Under the pieces are notes generated by a model, which saw only the letters and a list, made by a program, of their open reading frames with translations, searched no databases and was not told where the DNA came from. DNA of 56,271 nucleotides, counting the filler, from Stramenopiles sp. TOSAG23-2 (taxonomy: Eukaryota), in NCBI GenBank assembly GCA_900128395.1. It is 5 parts of 5 records of this genome, joined end to end, with 100 filler letters (N's around TTAATTAATTAA, not from the genome) between each part and the next. Parts side by side here need not be neighbours in the genome. Positions count along the whole stretch, not along the records: positions 11,292 to 22,471 come from LT649956.1; positions 22,572 to 33,750 come from LT649957.1; 3 more parts are not named here. One strand, given 5' to 3'. The translations under genes and the position numbers were made by a program. Of this stretch, positions 11,293 to 23,252 are shown piece by piece. Positions within the stretch are counted from its first letter, which is position 1. Every line of letters begins with the position of its first letter.

Positions 11293-12507
11293 TGTACAAA
11301 CAATAATAATGTTATTGACGTCGGGAAGTATTTATTATTACATGGTGGTAAAGAAATAGATTTTAATCAAGGCAAAGCAGATTGGCCTAATGCAAAATTA
11401 CTAATTAAAAAATATAAAAAAGAATTTCCAGGCATGTGGGGTCGAACCGCAACACCAATAGTATGTGCATGTGAAAAAGGACGTTTTGAGGATGTGAAAG
11501 TATTGATTACAGGTTATAATGATGTGAATGGTAGTAATGGCAATAATAATAATAATATGACATTGAAAGAATACGTGAATCAAGAAGGTACAAATAGTCG
11601 TGGTAATAATCGTACACCTTTAATGGCAGCTTTTTCTGTTGGACATACAGAAATTATTGATTATCTCTTCGGCATTGTTTCAGATGGTGTAACAATGAAT
11701 GCAACTATATTAACTGAGTTGTATAAGAAAACATTTCCATACGGTACGCCAATAGTATGCGCGTGTGAAAAAGGACGTTTTGAGGATGTGAAAGTATTGA
11801 TTACAGGCTATAATGATGTGAATGGTAGTAATGGTAATAATAATAATAATATGACATTGAAAGAATACGTGAATCAAGAAGGTAAAAATAGTCGTAGTTG
11901 GGATTATACACCTTTAATGATAGCTGCAAGGAACGAACATCAAGTAATTGTTGATTACTTAGTAGATATTGCATATGCCGATGAAACAGAGCTAGTAAGG
12001 AAATATAAAAAAGACTTTCCAAACGGTACGCCAATAGTAGTTGCATGTGAAAAAGGACGTTTTGAGGATGTGAAATTATTGATTACAGGCTATAATGATG
12101 TGAATGGTAGTAATGGTAATAATAATAATAATATGACATTGAAAGAATACGTGAATCAAGAAGGTAAAACTAGTTATGGTGATGAATGGACACCTTTAAT
12201 GGTAGCTGCAGAGAACGAACATTTCCAAGTAGTTCAATATTTAATTGAACAAGGTGAAGCTGATCCTAATATTGCAGATAGTAATGGATGGAATGCATTA
12301 CATTCTGCAGCACTTAAGAACAAAGAGAATACAGAGTTGATTGAGTTCTTATTAACTAATATGCCTCTTACTAGCATTAATAAGAAGGAGGACGAGGACG
12401 GGGACACTCCCCTGGACTTTGCATATAAATATAATAATAGTCCAATTCAACAAGCGATCATTAAACTTATACGTTCAAAAGGTGGAAAACGGATGAGTGA
12501 ATTATAA
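11293..12507 (+). CDS. Ankyrin-repeat protein with three copies of the TPIVCACEKG...TPLM cassette; 5' truncated
   Basis: Frame is open from the contig start (CTNNNNVIDVGKYLLLHGG...), paralogous to 15001-15765; cassette starts at 11452, 11746 and 12028; TPLM.AA, NALH.AA and TPLD.A ankyrin motifs. Confidence 0.9.
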   Translation, partial: CTNNNNVIDVGKYLLLHGGKEIDFNQGKADWPNAKLLIKKYKKEFPGMWGRTATPIVCACEKGRFEDVKVLITGYNDVNGSNGNNNNNMTLKEYVNQEGTNSRGNNRTPLMAAFSVGHTEIIDYLFGIVSDGVTMNATILTELYKKTFPYGTPIVCACEKGRFEDVKVLITGYNDVNGSNGNNNNNMTLKEYVNQEGKNSRSWDYTPLMIAARNEHQVIVDYLVDIAYADETELVRKYKKDFPNGTPIVVACEKGRFEDVKLLITGYNDVNGSNGNNNNNMTLKEYVNQEGKTSYGDEWTPLMVAAENEHFQVVQYLIEQGEADPNIADSNGWNALHSAALKNKENTELIEFLLTNMPLTSINKKEDEDGDTPLDFAYKYNNSPIQQAIIKLIRSKGGKRMSEL

Positions 12508-12735
12508 AAATAACATAAAATAAAATGGGATAATCTCTAAACCGTGTAGTTATTCTTACACTTTTTATTGTTCAAATTTTTACACATCAAAGAAAGCAAC
12601 GTGCCAAACAGGTTTGATATAGTATAATAAAAGTTGGATTTATCTACTATAATTGTTGTACTACTTTATCCTCTGCAACCCTCTCAGCCTCTCAGTGAGT
12701 TTGTAACATTTCCAAATGCGAAATTGAAAATAACA

Positions 12736-12804
12736 CCCCTTGTGTCTATGCTATTGATTTCAGGCGTACTACCCCCTGTGTCTATGCTATTGATTTCAGG
12801 CGTA
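12736..12804. repeat. 36-bp tandem repeat x2
   Basis: TGTGTCTATGCTATTGATTTCAGGCGTA twice. Confidence 0.8.
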
Positions 12805-13412
12805 GTACCATGCTAGCATATATTTACCATGGACACAGCATTGCGTGAGGAGATTAATGACCAACATTTTTTTATAATAATAGTAAATTGAAATGTGAAC
12901 AACTATATAGTATAGGCTAATAGCTATAGATGTATGTCTAACATAGAAGAAGATGTGATTGATGTGATTGCATTCTTCCTGGCATTTTATCAGAGCATTT
13001 CAAATTCATTTCAGAAAGAAAAACAAATTTACAACAAACAAATTTACAAACAAATTACAATAAACTGTGTTATAAGAAAAGTGCAATATAGATATATTAA
13101 TATATTATAGATACAACTTTTCATCGTCTGTGTTTATTTGTCTTGGATTATTTGTAAGATATATATACCCAGAGATCATACACATTAATTATATTGTATA
13201 ATATATATATATATTGCGTGTGTCAAATTTTGATAATAAACACAAAATAAAATAATAATAAGTGTGTGTGTGGGTGTTGCTATTGCTATACATATATTAT
13301 CATACCAATTCAACATAATTAGGAACAAGTGTTTATAAGTTTTGATAATATATCCAAAGAACAAATTACAACAAGGAAAAACCTATATCAAAAAATACAA
13401 ATCTTAGTGACG

Positions 13413-15765
13413 ATGTCAAGGAAATCTTACCGTGAAGATGATTTATTTACAAAGTTACCCACAACTACGATTACAAATAATATCATACCATTTTTTTGCA
13501 ATTCGTTGCCTTTACGTAATGGGGTAATAGGAAAATTATCTGTAAAATCTTACCGTGAAGATGATTTATTTACAAAGTTACCCACAACTACGATTACAAA
13601 TAATATCATACCATTTTTTTGCAATTCGTTGCCTTTACGTAATGGGGTAATAGGAAAATTATCTGTAAGTTCGGAAGGTAGTAGTCAATTAGGCATAATA
13701 GATTTTCTTCATTTATTTGGTAAAACCAAAAAAAGTTTTGCATTTATTGGAGTAGATGAGACGATTGAAGATGAACCACTTTATAGCGTAAGAAGCATTT
13801 TTTACCAATTAATGTTGAATCGAAAATACAATGGGTCGCTACCATTGTTAAAAGGATGTCAAAATGGTACAGTATCATTACGAGATGCAAAAATATTAGT
13901 TGAAGTATGCCATACCAAACATCTTACGGAAAAAGATGAAAGCGGTAAAACGGCACTTACACATGCAGGATATAAAGATCTACGTGAAGTGGCAACTTAT
14001 TTAATTTCGATTGGTGGAGATGAAAATGAATTTAAAACAGGTAAACTGCATCGGTTGTTGAAATATATGGTACAGTATCATTACGAGATGCAAAAATATT
14101 AGTTGAAGTATGCCATACCAAACATCTTACGGAAAAAGATGAAAGCGGTAAAACGGCACTTACACATGCAGGATATAAAGATCTACGTGAAGTGGCAACT
14201 TATTTAATTTCGATTGGTGGAGATGAAAATGAATTTAAAACAGGTAAACTGCATCGGTTGTTGAAAAAATACAAAATTAGATCATCCAGCAACAGTAGGG
14301 TGGTTGACGGAAGTTTCGGTGGAAGATCCAATTTTGGTGGCAATAGTGGTGGTGGATTGTTTGGCCAACGTTGGACATCCAACAATAGTAGCACCACGAT
14401 AACAGAACAAACATGGCAAACATTTGAATTAGAAGTTGCAAAAATATATCAAAAACCAATATTGCCAATGATTCTTAAAAATACGACATTAATATTAGAA
14501 GATTTAGCCTTTTTTATTGAAACATGTCACTTGGATATTTCCATGAAAGATGAAAAAGGTAAAACAGCAATTTATTAACAGAACAAACATGGCAAACATT
14601 TGAATTAGAAGTTGCAAAAATATATCAAAAACCAATATTGCCAATGATTCTTAAAAATACGACATTAATATTAGAAGATTTAGCCTTTTTTATTGAAACA
14701 TGTCACTTGGATATTTCCATGAAAGATGAAAAAGGTAAAACAGCAATTTATTATGCTGGTTACAACATCCAAAATGATGAAATAGTATCCTATTTATTAA
14801 CACATGGTGGTTCAGAGGAAGATTTTTACCTTGGCAAAATGGAGAAAAAATATGGTATACCTGCATTAATAAAAGGATGTCAATTTTGGAATAGAAAAGT
14901 TTGTATGACATTGGATGATGCAAAGGTATTAATTGAAACATGCCATGTTGATATTTCAGAAAAAGATGAATTTGGTAACACTGCAACGTATTATACAGGA
15001 TGTACAAACAATAATAATATTATTGACGTCGGGAAGTATTTATTGTTACATGATGGTAAAGAAATAGATTTTAATCAAGGCAAAGCAGATTGGCCTAATG
15101 CAAAATTACTAATTAAAAAATACGAAGAAGAATTTCCAAACGGTACGCCATTAGTATGTGCATGTCAATACGGACGTTTTGAGGATGTGAAATTATTGAT
15201 TACAGGCTATAATGATGCGAATGGTAGTAATGGTAATAATAATAATAATATGNNNNNNNNNNNNNNNNNNNNNNNNNNNNNNNNNNNNNNNNNNNNNNNN
15301 NNNNNNNNNNNNNNNNNNNNNGAGGATGTGAAAGTATTGATTACAGGCTATAATGATGCGAATGGTAGTAATGGTAATAATAATAATAATATGGCATTGA
15401 AAGAATACGTGAATCAAGTCGGTAAAACTAGTGATGGTTGGCCATGTACACCTTTAACGATAGCTGCATGGTTCGAACATTTCCAAATAGTTAAATATTT
15501 GATTGAACAATGTGAAGCTGATCCTAATATTACAGATAGTTTATATGGAGGGAATGCATTACATAGAGCAGCACGTAATAACAAAAAGGATACGAAGGTG
15601 ATTGAGTTCTTATTAACTAATATGTCTCTTAATAGCATTAATAAGAAGGACGTGGGGGGATGGACTCCCCTGGACTTTGCATATTATCATAATAATAGTC
15701 CAATTAAACAAGAGATCATTGATCTTATACGTTCAAAAAGTGGAAAACGTGCAAGTGAATTATAA
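13413..15765 (+). CDS. Ankyrin-repeat protein (possible N-terminal F-box-like motif), split into three ORFs by exact tandem duplications
   Basis: Duplications of period 123 (13422/13545), 203 (13864/14067) and 176 nt (14400/14576); removing the 203 and 176 copies restores one frame; degenerate ANK units (KDE.G.TA..YAG) then the conserved C-terminal cassette; N gap at 15253-15321. Confidence 0.8.
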
Positions 15766-16234
15766 AAATAACATATAATAATAATATACCAAGTAATATT
15801 ATTATTATTATTAAAATTAAACAACTGTAATAGTATGTACCTGCTATTTTTAAAACAGTTGTTGATGAAAGAGGTGTTGTAATAGAGAGAGGAAGAAACC
15901 AAAAATATAGAAGAAAGAAACTCTCCTGAGTAATTACAAAGACCATTATCATTTAAAAGAAAATATATTTATTATCATATACTTGATCGTGTATGTACAA
16001 CGAGGAAAAACAATTCCCAGCTTTTATTATTTTTTTCTACTATTATTATATTTTTTATAGTAATAATTTATAATTTATAATTTTGCAAAATAATTTAACA
16101 TTTATTATTACGGGGATTTTATTATAAAGCAATTATTATTATTCGAAAACATTATAATAATAATAATAATAAACAACATATACACCCTGTCCTTACCATT
16201 CTGAAATACACATTTACAGACATAAACACGCAAC

Positions 16235-19200
16235 ATGGCCGGATTACGTCGTATGTCCTTTCGTGATGATTTTCATGGTACATCCTTCGATTCATTAAAA
16301 GAACAACGAAGAATTAGAGCAGAAGAAAGAGAAAGAAAACAAAAAGAAAAAATAGAAAAAGTATTACAAGAAGCAGCTGCACGTAAAATAAAAGAAGAGG
16401 AAGAACGTTTGGAACGTGAGGAAGAATTAAAGAAACACAAATATGCAAAATATAAATATAGTAGTTTAAATCGAACAGAGAAGAAGAAGAATAATAATAA
16501 CAACGATGGCAAAGACGACGATGATGATGATGATAATGAAGAAGAAGAAACGTTAATATATAAACATTTTATGTTACGTACACCAAAAAATAAAGCATTT
16601 ACAAATAAATTATCCAAACGTTCAAAAGATAATAATAATAATAATATTAATAATAAAAAGAACAACAAACAAACTAGCAAATCAGAAACTAAACAACAAA
16701 GTAGAATAAATAAAGAAAAAGAAACGAAGAAGAAAAAAAAGGAAGAACTATTTAGAATGAGAAAAAATACTATTAAAGAAATACTTGGTCATAGAAATGA
16801 TTATTTAAATAATTATGAAATAGATTCTCTTAATAATAATAGTACAAACAACAAGGAAGAAGCATCTGAAGAACAACAACAACAACAAACAGGTAATAAT
16901 CAAAACAATAAGACGACACTTAACCCGTCGACATCAAATCCTATTCTATTTACTTACGATCCAGAATTACTTAAAAATAGAAATACAACGACATCACAAC
17001 CAACACCAGATGATATAAATGTATATGGTAATTATAAAAAACAAACAAAAACAATAGTTACTTCCAAAATCAATAATAATAATAATACAAATAATAACAT
17101 CAATGCAACAAGTACAATAACAAATAAATCCACCACGAAAATCATTTTTAAAGCAATTTATCCATTTGCTGCAAATGGTGATAAAAATATGACTAATTTA
17201 ATACCAGATGAAAGATGTATTGTAATACGAAAAGGTAAACGTGGATGGTGGTTAATCTCAAAATTATTATGTCAAACGGATCAAGGGTATGTACCATCAA
17301 CATATTTAACACCATGTGATGAAGTTTATTGTGTAAATAATACAGAAGAAGAAATTGAAATTGTTGAAAATATTAATAAAAATGAGAACGAAGAAGTGAC
17401 CATGTCTAATAATAATAATAATATGCGAACAAAACCACCACAATATAGTACAGCAACAAATGTATATAATAATTATAACAACAATGATAAGAAGAAGAAG
17501 AAAAATACAAATATTATTCGTGTTAAAAAAGAAATCATTGAACGTACAGAAAATATATTAGAACGTGATGATACATCGACAACACAATATACCAAGAAAA
17601 ATAGTGCAAAACCACCACCACCACCGTTACCACCAAAAATAACAAATGATTCCTTTCGTAAAACAATTGAAGTACAACATATATCAAATGCAATCTCGGA
17701 TATGTCTAAAAATCCAAATATTGAAAAACATAGACGAATAACACAAGCATTATTTAATACATTTGGTACAACGAAAAAAATGGAAGGGTCCGCACCACCA
17801 CCACCACCACCACCAATAGTTAAAAAAGAAATTGTAAAAATGCCACCTCCACCATCATATTTTAAAGCTATTCATAGTAGTAATAATAATAATACATCCA
17901 ACAAAAACAATACAAACAACAAGAATAAAATGATTACAAAGAAAAAAAAAGATGGTCCATTTAGATGGCGTGGTGCAAAAATACCACCATTCGATCCAAA
18001 TCAACGTAGAAGTTCTACTGTACGATTAACAACAACACTAAAGAAAAAGAAAGAACAACAACAAAGACTATCTTCTGCTGGAACAACCACAACAAATAAT
18101 AATAATAATACAAGTCCACGAACATCACCAACATCTATTATACATGATAAAAATAATAAAGCATTAGCAAATAAACGAAGAAAAGAAAGTATTGCGAAAG
18201 ATCGTGTACATGGATTTGTACCACATGGTGCAATAAAAAATCATCAACATACATTTTATTGGCCAAAACAACCAATGATGGCAACAACAACGCCAAACAA
18301 TGAATCGGAGAAAGAGAATCCGAATAAGAATGATGAATCTACTTTTGCTGCGGCAGATGATGTAAATATAGATGATGATTTAATATTAGACGATGAATTA
18401 GCAATTACAACATCCATTCCAACTGATAATAATAATAAAGCAACTACAATACAAGAAAAGAAAAAGAAAAATGTATTACCAACACGAAATAATAATTTAC
18501 CATGGAAAAGACGTGCTACTAATTTAATTATTAATTATAATATCGTTGCAAAAGAGTTTCAAACACCAGATTTAGCAACAACATTAAATGAAAATTTACG
18601 ACAAAAAACACGTAATAATAATTATATAGAAGAAGAAAACAATGGTCAAGATCCATCAAGAACAACAACAACATTAGTAACAACAGCAACAACTTCATCA
18701 CCATCGTCATTAATGCAAAAAGAAGCTGATAATGTAACACGTGCATATACATTAGATTTTAATGATTTAAAAAAAGATGCTCAAGATAGCAGTATTATCA
18801 TCAGTAATAATAATAACAATAATAACAATGGTATATTGAAAAAAAAAAATAAAGTGAAATTTACCATAGATGGTCGATTTAACAAACCAAATTCATCATC
18901 ATCAAAGCATCAAAAACGTGTAAATATTAATACATTTCAACATTCAAACATTATTAAAAAGAAAACACATGGTGAACAATATAAATATGTACAAAATTTA
19001 GGATATGTATTAATACATACTAAAAAAAAAGTAGAAGATATGAATGAAAATCAATACGATACAACATATGATAATAATAAAAAGAAACAACATGGTGGTC
19101 AAAAGACGACAATTAAAAATGCAAAATCAACATTAGATTTATTTAGAAAAGTAAATGGTTTAAAAGTATCAAGTGTTGATGTAAAAAAACAACAAGAAGA

Positions 19201-19912
19201 ACGATTACGTAGAAGAACTATGATGTCATCGCCACGTTCATCATCTTCGTCTTCTACGAATACTATTACTACTTCTAATAATAAACATCAACGAATGATG
19301 AAAAAAAGACAACAACAACAAAAAACACGTTATTCACGTTCAGCATCTCATTCAGCTACATCTAGATTATCACCATTTAATAGTCCAGATTCAAATAGTA
19401 GTGGTGGTGAAGGAGGATATGATTCAGATGATTCTCGGCGACGTTATAAAAGTTTAAGTCCAACTGATAAAATTTCTGCGGAATATAAAGTACAAATTGC
19501 TGAACGTAAAGAATTAAAACGTAAACAACGGGAAGAACAATTAAAACAACGTCGTGCAAAAAATAATAATTATTATAAAGATGATAATAATAATAGTAAA
19601 TTTTATGTACCACCATTTGCAACGGATTATGAATTGTTATTTAAATCATTAAATCAAGCTGTACGTTATGGTGATATTTCATTAAGTGATTCAATTGGTG
19701 CAAGTAAAATGTTACTTGCAAAAGATGAAACGACTATTCATGCATTAAATAAACTTGGTTTACAAATGGATGATTGTGAATTTAGTGAAGATTTAGCATT
19801 AAAAAAATCAACAGAAACAATATCAAAAATGAATCAAGACAAGATGAAAACATTATTAGAAAATCAAAAAATGGGAAAAGTCGTTGATGAAATGATGGAA
19901 AAGAATATGTAA
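16235..19912 (+). CDS. Large low-complexity protein with one SH3 domain and poly-proline tracts
   Basis: FKAIYPF...GWW...GYVPSTYL SH3 signature; PPPPPLPP motifs; Asn/Thr/Lys runs; 1225-aa uninterrupted ORF. Confidence 0.85.
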   Translation: MAGLRRMSFRDDFHGTSFDSLKEQRRIRAEERERKQKEKIEKVLQEAAARKIKEEEERLEREEELKKHKYAKYKYSSLNRTEKKKNNNNNDGKDDDDDDDNEEEETLIYKHFMLRTPKNKAFTNKLSKRSKDNNNNNINNKKNNKQTSKSETKQQSRINKEKETKKKKKEELFRMRKNTIKEILGHRNDYLNNYEIDSLNNNSTNNKEEASEEQQQQQTGNNQNNKTTLNPSTSNPILFTYDPELLKNRNTTTSQPTPDDINVYGNYKKQTKTIVTSKINNNNNTNNNINATSTITNKSTTKIIFKAIYPFAANGDKNMTNLIPDERCIVIRKGKRGWWLISKLLCQTDQGYVPSTYLTPCDEVYCVNNTEEEIEIVENINKNENEEVTMSNNNNNMRTKPPQYSTATNVYNNYNNNDKKKKKNTNIIRVKKEIIERTENILERDDTSTTQYTKKNSAKPPPPPLPPKITNDSFRKTIEVQHISNAISDMSKNPNIEKHRRITQALFNTFGTTKKMEGSAPPPPPPPIVKKEIVKMPPPPSYFKAIHSSNNNNTSNKNNTNNKNKMITKKKKDGPFRWRGAKIPPFDPNQRRSSTVRLTTTLKKKKEQQQRLSSAGTTTTNNNNNTSPRTSPTSIIHDKNNKALANKRRKESIAKDRVHGFVPHGAIKNHQHTFYWPKQPMMATTTPNNESEKENPNKNDESTFAAADDVNIDDDLILDDELAITTSIPTDNNNKATTIQEKKKKNVLPTRNNNLPWKRRATNLIINYNIVAKEFQTPDLATTLNENLRQKTRNNNYIEEENNGQDPSRTTTTLVTTATTSSPSSLMQKEADNVTRAYTLDFNDLKKDAQDSSIIISNNNNNNNNGILKKKNKVKFTIDGRFNKPNSSSSKHQKRVNINTFQHSNIIKKKTHGEQYKYVQNLGYVLIHTKKKVEDMNENQYDTTYDNNKKKQHGGQKTTIKNAKSTLDLFRKVNGLKVSSVDVKKQQEERLRRRTMMSSPRSSSSSSTNTITTSNNKHQRMMKKRQQQQKTRYSRSASHSATSRLSPFNSPDSNSSGGEGGYDSDDSRRRYKSLSPTDKISAEYKVQIAERKELKRKQREEQLKQRRAKNNNYYKDDNNNSKFYVPPFATDYELLFKSLNQAVRYGDISLSDSIGASKMLLAKDETTIHALNKLGLQMDDCEFSEDLALKKSTETISKMNQDKMKTLLENQKMGKVVDEMMEKNM

Positions 19913-20665
19913 AAAAATATATTTTACGCTTCGTATTTACTTTTCGTAATTATTACGAACGTTTCGTAGATTTTTTTATATATATTTATTTTTTGTGTGT
20001 ACGTAAAAATATGTTTAAAATGTGTCTTTTCGAGTTTGTTTTAAATTGTACACACCCACTACCCACTACACTTCTTCTTATACGATCGTATATCTTTGAA
20101 TCAAGACAAGATGAAAACATTATTAGAAAATCAAAAAATGGGAAAAGTCGTTGATGAAATGATGGAAAAGAATATGTAAAAAAATTTTATATATATTGGT
20201 TAAAATCTAAGTTATAATAATTTTACACTTCTCGTGTTAAAGTAATATGCTCAATACTCAATCGCAAGAATAATATGCTATCCTACTATAATAAAGCTCT
20301 CCTGACATGTAAAAAAATATATTTTATTACTTTCGTAATTATTACAAACGTTTCGTAGATTTTTTTATATTTATTTTTTGTGTGTACGTAAAAATATGTT
20401 TAAAATGTGTCTTTTCGTTTGTTTTAAATAGTACACAGCCACTACACTCTTCTTATACCGATCGTATATCTTTGAATCAAGACAAGATGAAAACATTATG
20501 ATATTAGAAAATCAAAAAATGGGAAAAGTCGTTGATGAAATGATACTCGTAATGGAAAAGAATATTGTGTAAAAAATACAAAATATATATTTATTTTTTG
20601 TACGTAAAAATGTTTAAAATGCCATTTCGTTTGTTTTATACACACCCACACACTTCTTCTATACC
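19831..20665 (+). repeat. Three diverged tandem copies of the SH3 gene 3' end and 3' flank
   Basis: GAATCAAGACAAGATGAAAACATTAT recurs at 19831, 20098 and 20474 with indels between copies. Confidence 0.85.
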
Positions 20666-20913
20666 TTTTTGTGTTTGTTTTCCTCTTTCTCTTTTAAAAT
20701 ACGAAGTCGTATATATTATGAAGTCTCATAATATATATATCCATCTCAATATATAACAACGTTGGATGGTTTACATTACCGTCTTTTTTGTTATACTATA
20801 TATAAAATCAAAATAAGAAACGGTATATATATATATATCAAACAACAAGGACACTTTTATTATCTTTCCTAACTATTATAATTATATATGATATATATAT
20901 ATATATATCAAAT

Positions 20914-21312
20914 TTACAAACCTGCTTTTGCTCTTGCTTGTTTATTACGTGCTGATTTTGCTCTTGCAACTTTAAAACGCATAAAATCATTACTGGATGC
21001 ACGTTTTTTCTTTGCTGCTAATTTTTTGGCCCAACTTGAGTTATTCCATTTGTTCCAAATATCACCTTTTGTCCATGCTTTATTCAATGACTTTTGTCTT
21101 GCGTTTCTACCGATCTTCACTTTGAAATCAGTTAATGCAACACGTTTTAAAGATAAAATTTGTCTAGCTACCTTAGCTTCTGATCCATCTGCTCCTTGTA
21201 CTAACACACGATTTTGATCCACTACATCAATGATTGTACATAATTTATTATTATCTGGACCATAATTAATCAATGCCACACGGCCTATTTCCACAAAACG
21301 TTTGAATGTCAT
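20914..21312 (-). CDS. RPL14: 60S ribosomal protein L14 (eL14)
   Basis: MTFKRFVEIGRVALINYGPD..KLC.IIDVVDQNRVLV and SWAKKL...RA..NDF.RFKV; intronless. Confidence 0.97.
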   Translation of the reverse strand: MTFKRFVEIGRVALINYGPDNNKLCTIIDVVDQNRVLVQGADGSEAKVARQILSLKRVALTDFKVKIGRNARQKSLNKAWTKGDIWNKWNNSSWAKKLAAKKKRASSNDFMRFKVARAKSARNKQARAKAGL

Positions 21313-21435
21313 TCTTCTTTTTTTGTAATATACTGTCGTTGTTGTTTTATATATATAATAATACTAATATTGATCGTTCCTGTTGTTTATCTACTACTTC
21401 ACCTTTCTATTCTACTGTTTAACATACATATATAT

Positions 21436-21620
21436 ATATTTATAACTTTTTTGTAAAATCTATATTTTTTCAATAGTGTGTAGTGTTATTTTATAGATGT
21501 TGTATATTTTTATAACTTTTTTGTAAAATCTATATTTTTTCAATAGTGTGTAGTGTTATATATAGATATATATTTATAAAAATCTATATTTTTTCAATAG
21601 TGTGTAGTGTTATTTTATAG
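21436..21620. repeat. ~70-bp tandem repeat x2.5 containing TAGTGTGTAGTG
   Basis: AAAATCTATATTTTTTCAATAGTGTGTAGTGTTAT three times. Confidence 0.85.
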
Positions 21621-21809
21621 AAAGGTGCAAATTGATGGCCATTAAAAATAGTATAGACACACCATCTAGAAGAAAAATAAAAAAGTACATGGACATAGCA
21701 TTATATTAATTAATACAGGCACACAGAATTGAAAACGAAATAGTATAGACATAGCATTGTACCAATTAATACAGGCACACAGAATTGAAAACGAAATAGT
21801 ATAGACATA

Positions 21810-21900
21810 GGCAGTGCTATATACCCTCACAAAACTGTGCACTTAACAAAATAACACTATTCACTATGGGAAATATGTAAATATCGTTTTCTAAAATGCC
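21810..21900. mobile_element. Truncated left part of the MITE-like element
   Basis: GGCAGTGCTATATACCCTC...AAAACTGTGCACTTAAC..AATAACACTATTCACTATGGG matches the left arm of copy B. Confidence 0.75.
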
Positions 21901-21914
21901 ACAACATAGACATA

Positions 21915-22166
21915 GGCAGTGCTATACCCTCTAAAACATGCCAAAACTGTACAAAACATGCCAAAACTGTGCACTTAACAAATAACACTATTCACTATGG
22001 AAAATATGTATTTATCGTTTTCTAAAATGCCAATTTTATTTTTCATATATTTGGAAAAAATAGCAAATATCCGAAAATATAGAAAAAATGATGAATATTT
22101 CCCCCATAGTGAACAGTGTTAAGTGTACAGTTTTGGCATGTTTTAGAGGGTATATAGCACTACTGC
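21915..22166. mobile_element. MITE-like palindromic element, copy B (most complete)
   Basis: Long inverted arms GTGCTATA-CCCTCTAAAACATGCCAAAACTGT.CACTTAAC / GTTAAGTGTACAGTTTTGGCATGTTTTAGAGGG-TATATAGCAC plus inner CACTATTCACTATGG / CCATAGTGAACAGTG. Confidence 0.85.
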
Positions 22167-22471
22167 ATTAGCATAGCCTTCCGTATAAAAAATTAAAAAA
22201 GTACGCCTACACAGCATTGAAAACGAAATAGTATAGACATAGCATTATATTAATTAATAGAGGCACACAGCATTGAAAACGAAATAGTATAGACATAGCA
22301 TAGACCAATTAAACCATCGTAATGAATGGCTGGGGCACGTTTCCCTCTATCCATACCTGTTTAATCCAGATAGTTGACATGCAATCGATACCAATAATAT
22401 AACTACACACTATTGATATTATGTAAACAAAATCAATGTCATTTTACATATATAAATAATTCCATCCATAC

Positions 22472-22571
22472 NNNNNNNNNNNNNNNNNNNNNNNNNNNNN
22501 NNNNNNNNNNNNNNNTTAATTAATTAANNNNNNNNNNNNNNNNNNNNNNNNNNNNNNNNNNNNNNNNNNNN
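22472..22571. other. Artificial contig linker
   Basis: N44-TTAATTAATTAA-N44. Confidence 0.98.
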
Positions 22572-22893
22572 GGGATCCCGGGGACTGGGACACTAAATGT
22601 GTCGGGACTGCCAGCTTAGCTGTGTAGGCGCATCACTTTAATGGACCCGATTAGGATTTAGATTTAGATTGTTGTGATGAATTATTATTGTTGTGAATTG
22701 ACAGAGAGAGGAGAGAGGACGAGAGGACTCTCTGGAATTGTTGATGATGATGAATTGATGATGAAATTATTATTGATTTTTAAAAAAAATAAGATACTTT
22801 GTATGAATTATTTCAGAATAGGTAAGAGAAAGGGAAACAGAGAGAGAGGAGGAAGAGGAAGCAAAAAAAACAGAAATATTCATATAATATAGC

Positions 22894-23043
22894 ATTGAAC
22901 GTGTTCAGAGAGAGAAATATATACAGATAATCTTGCCATTTTGGTATATCGGTATCTATATATATAAAATTGAACGTGTTCAGAGAGAGAAATATATACA
23001 GATAATCTTGCCATTTTGGTATATCGGTATCTATATATATAAA
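22894..23043. repeat. Exact 75-bp tandem duplication
   Basis: ATTGAACGTGTTCAGAGAGAGAAAT... at 22894 and 22969. Confidence 0.9.
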
Positions 23044-23252
23044 TATCTAAGATCAACAGAGAGATATATACAATTAAACCTACAATTATTATTATTATTA
23101 TTCAAAAAAAATCAACCACTAAATCCGTTGAAATATAATAATAATTAGTGAATTTAGGGAGAACAAAATAAACATATATATATATATAACGTGAACGAAT
23201 CAAGAACAAATAACATAAATATTCGAAACACACCCAAACACACACACACAAC

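Larger units (their letters stand above)
21690..22312. repeat. 57-bp minisatellite (about 2 units each side) interrupted by MITE copies
   Basis: GACATAGCATT...AATTAATA.AGGCACACAG.ATTGAAAACGAAATAGTATA units at 21692-21810 and 22210-22312. Confidence 0.85.

Noticed and set aside
15181-15392. Extra ANK cassette copy across the N gap
   Set aside because: The sequence after the gap nearly repeats that before it; probably a scaffold overlap, so copy number is unresolved
11581-15480. Diversity-generating retroelement explanation for the hypervariable ANK codons (e.g. AGG/GAG/TGG/GGG, AAC/TTC)
   Set aside because: No reverse transcriptase or template repeat in the window; the neighbouring AAT run is unmutated, and third-position changes and indels occur
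22650-22670. Telomere-like TTAGGATTTAGATTTAG near a contig start
   Set aside because: Too short and degenerate
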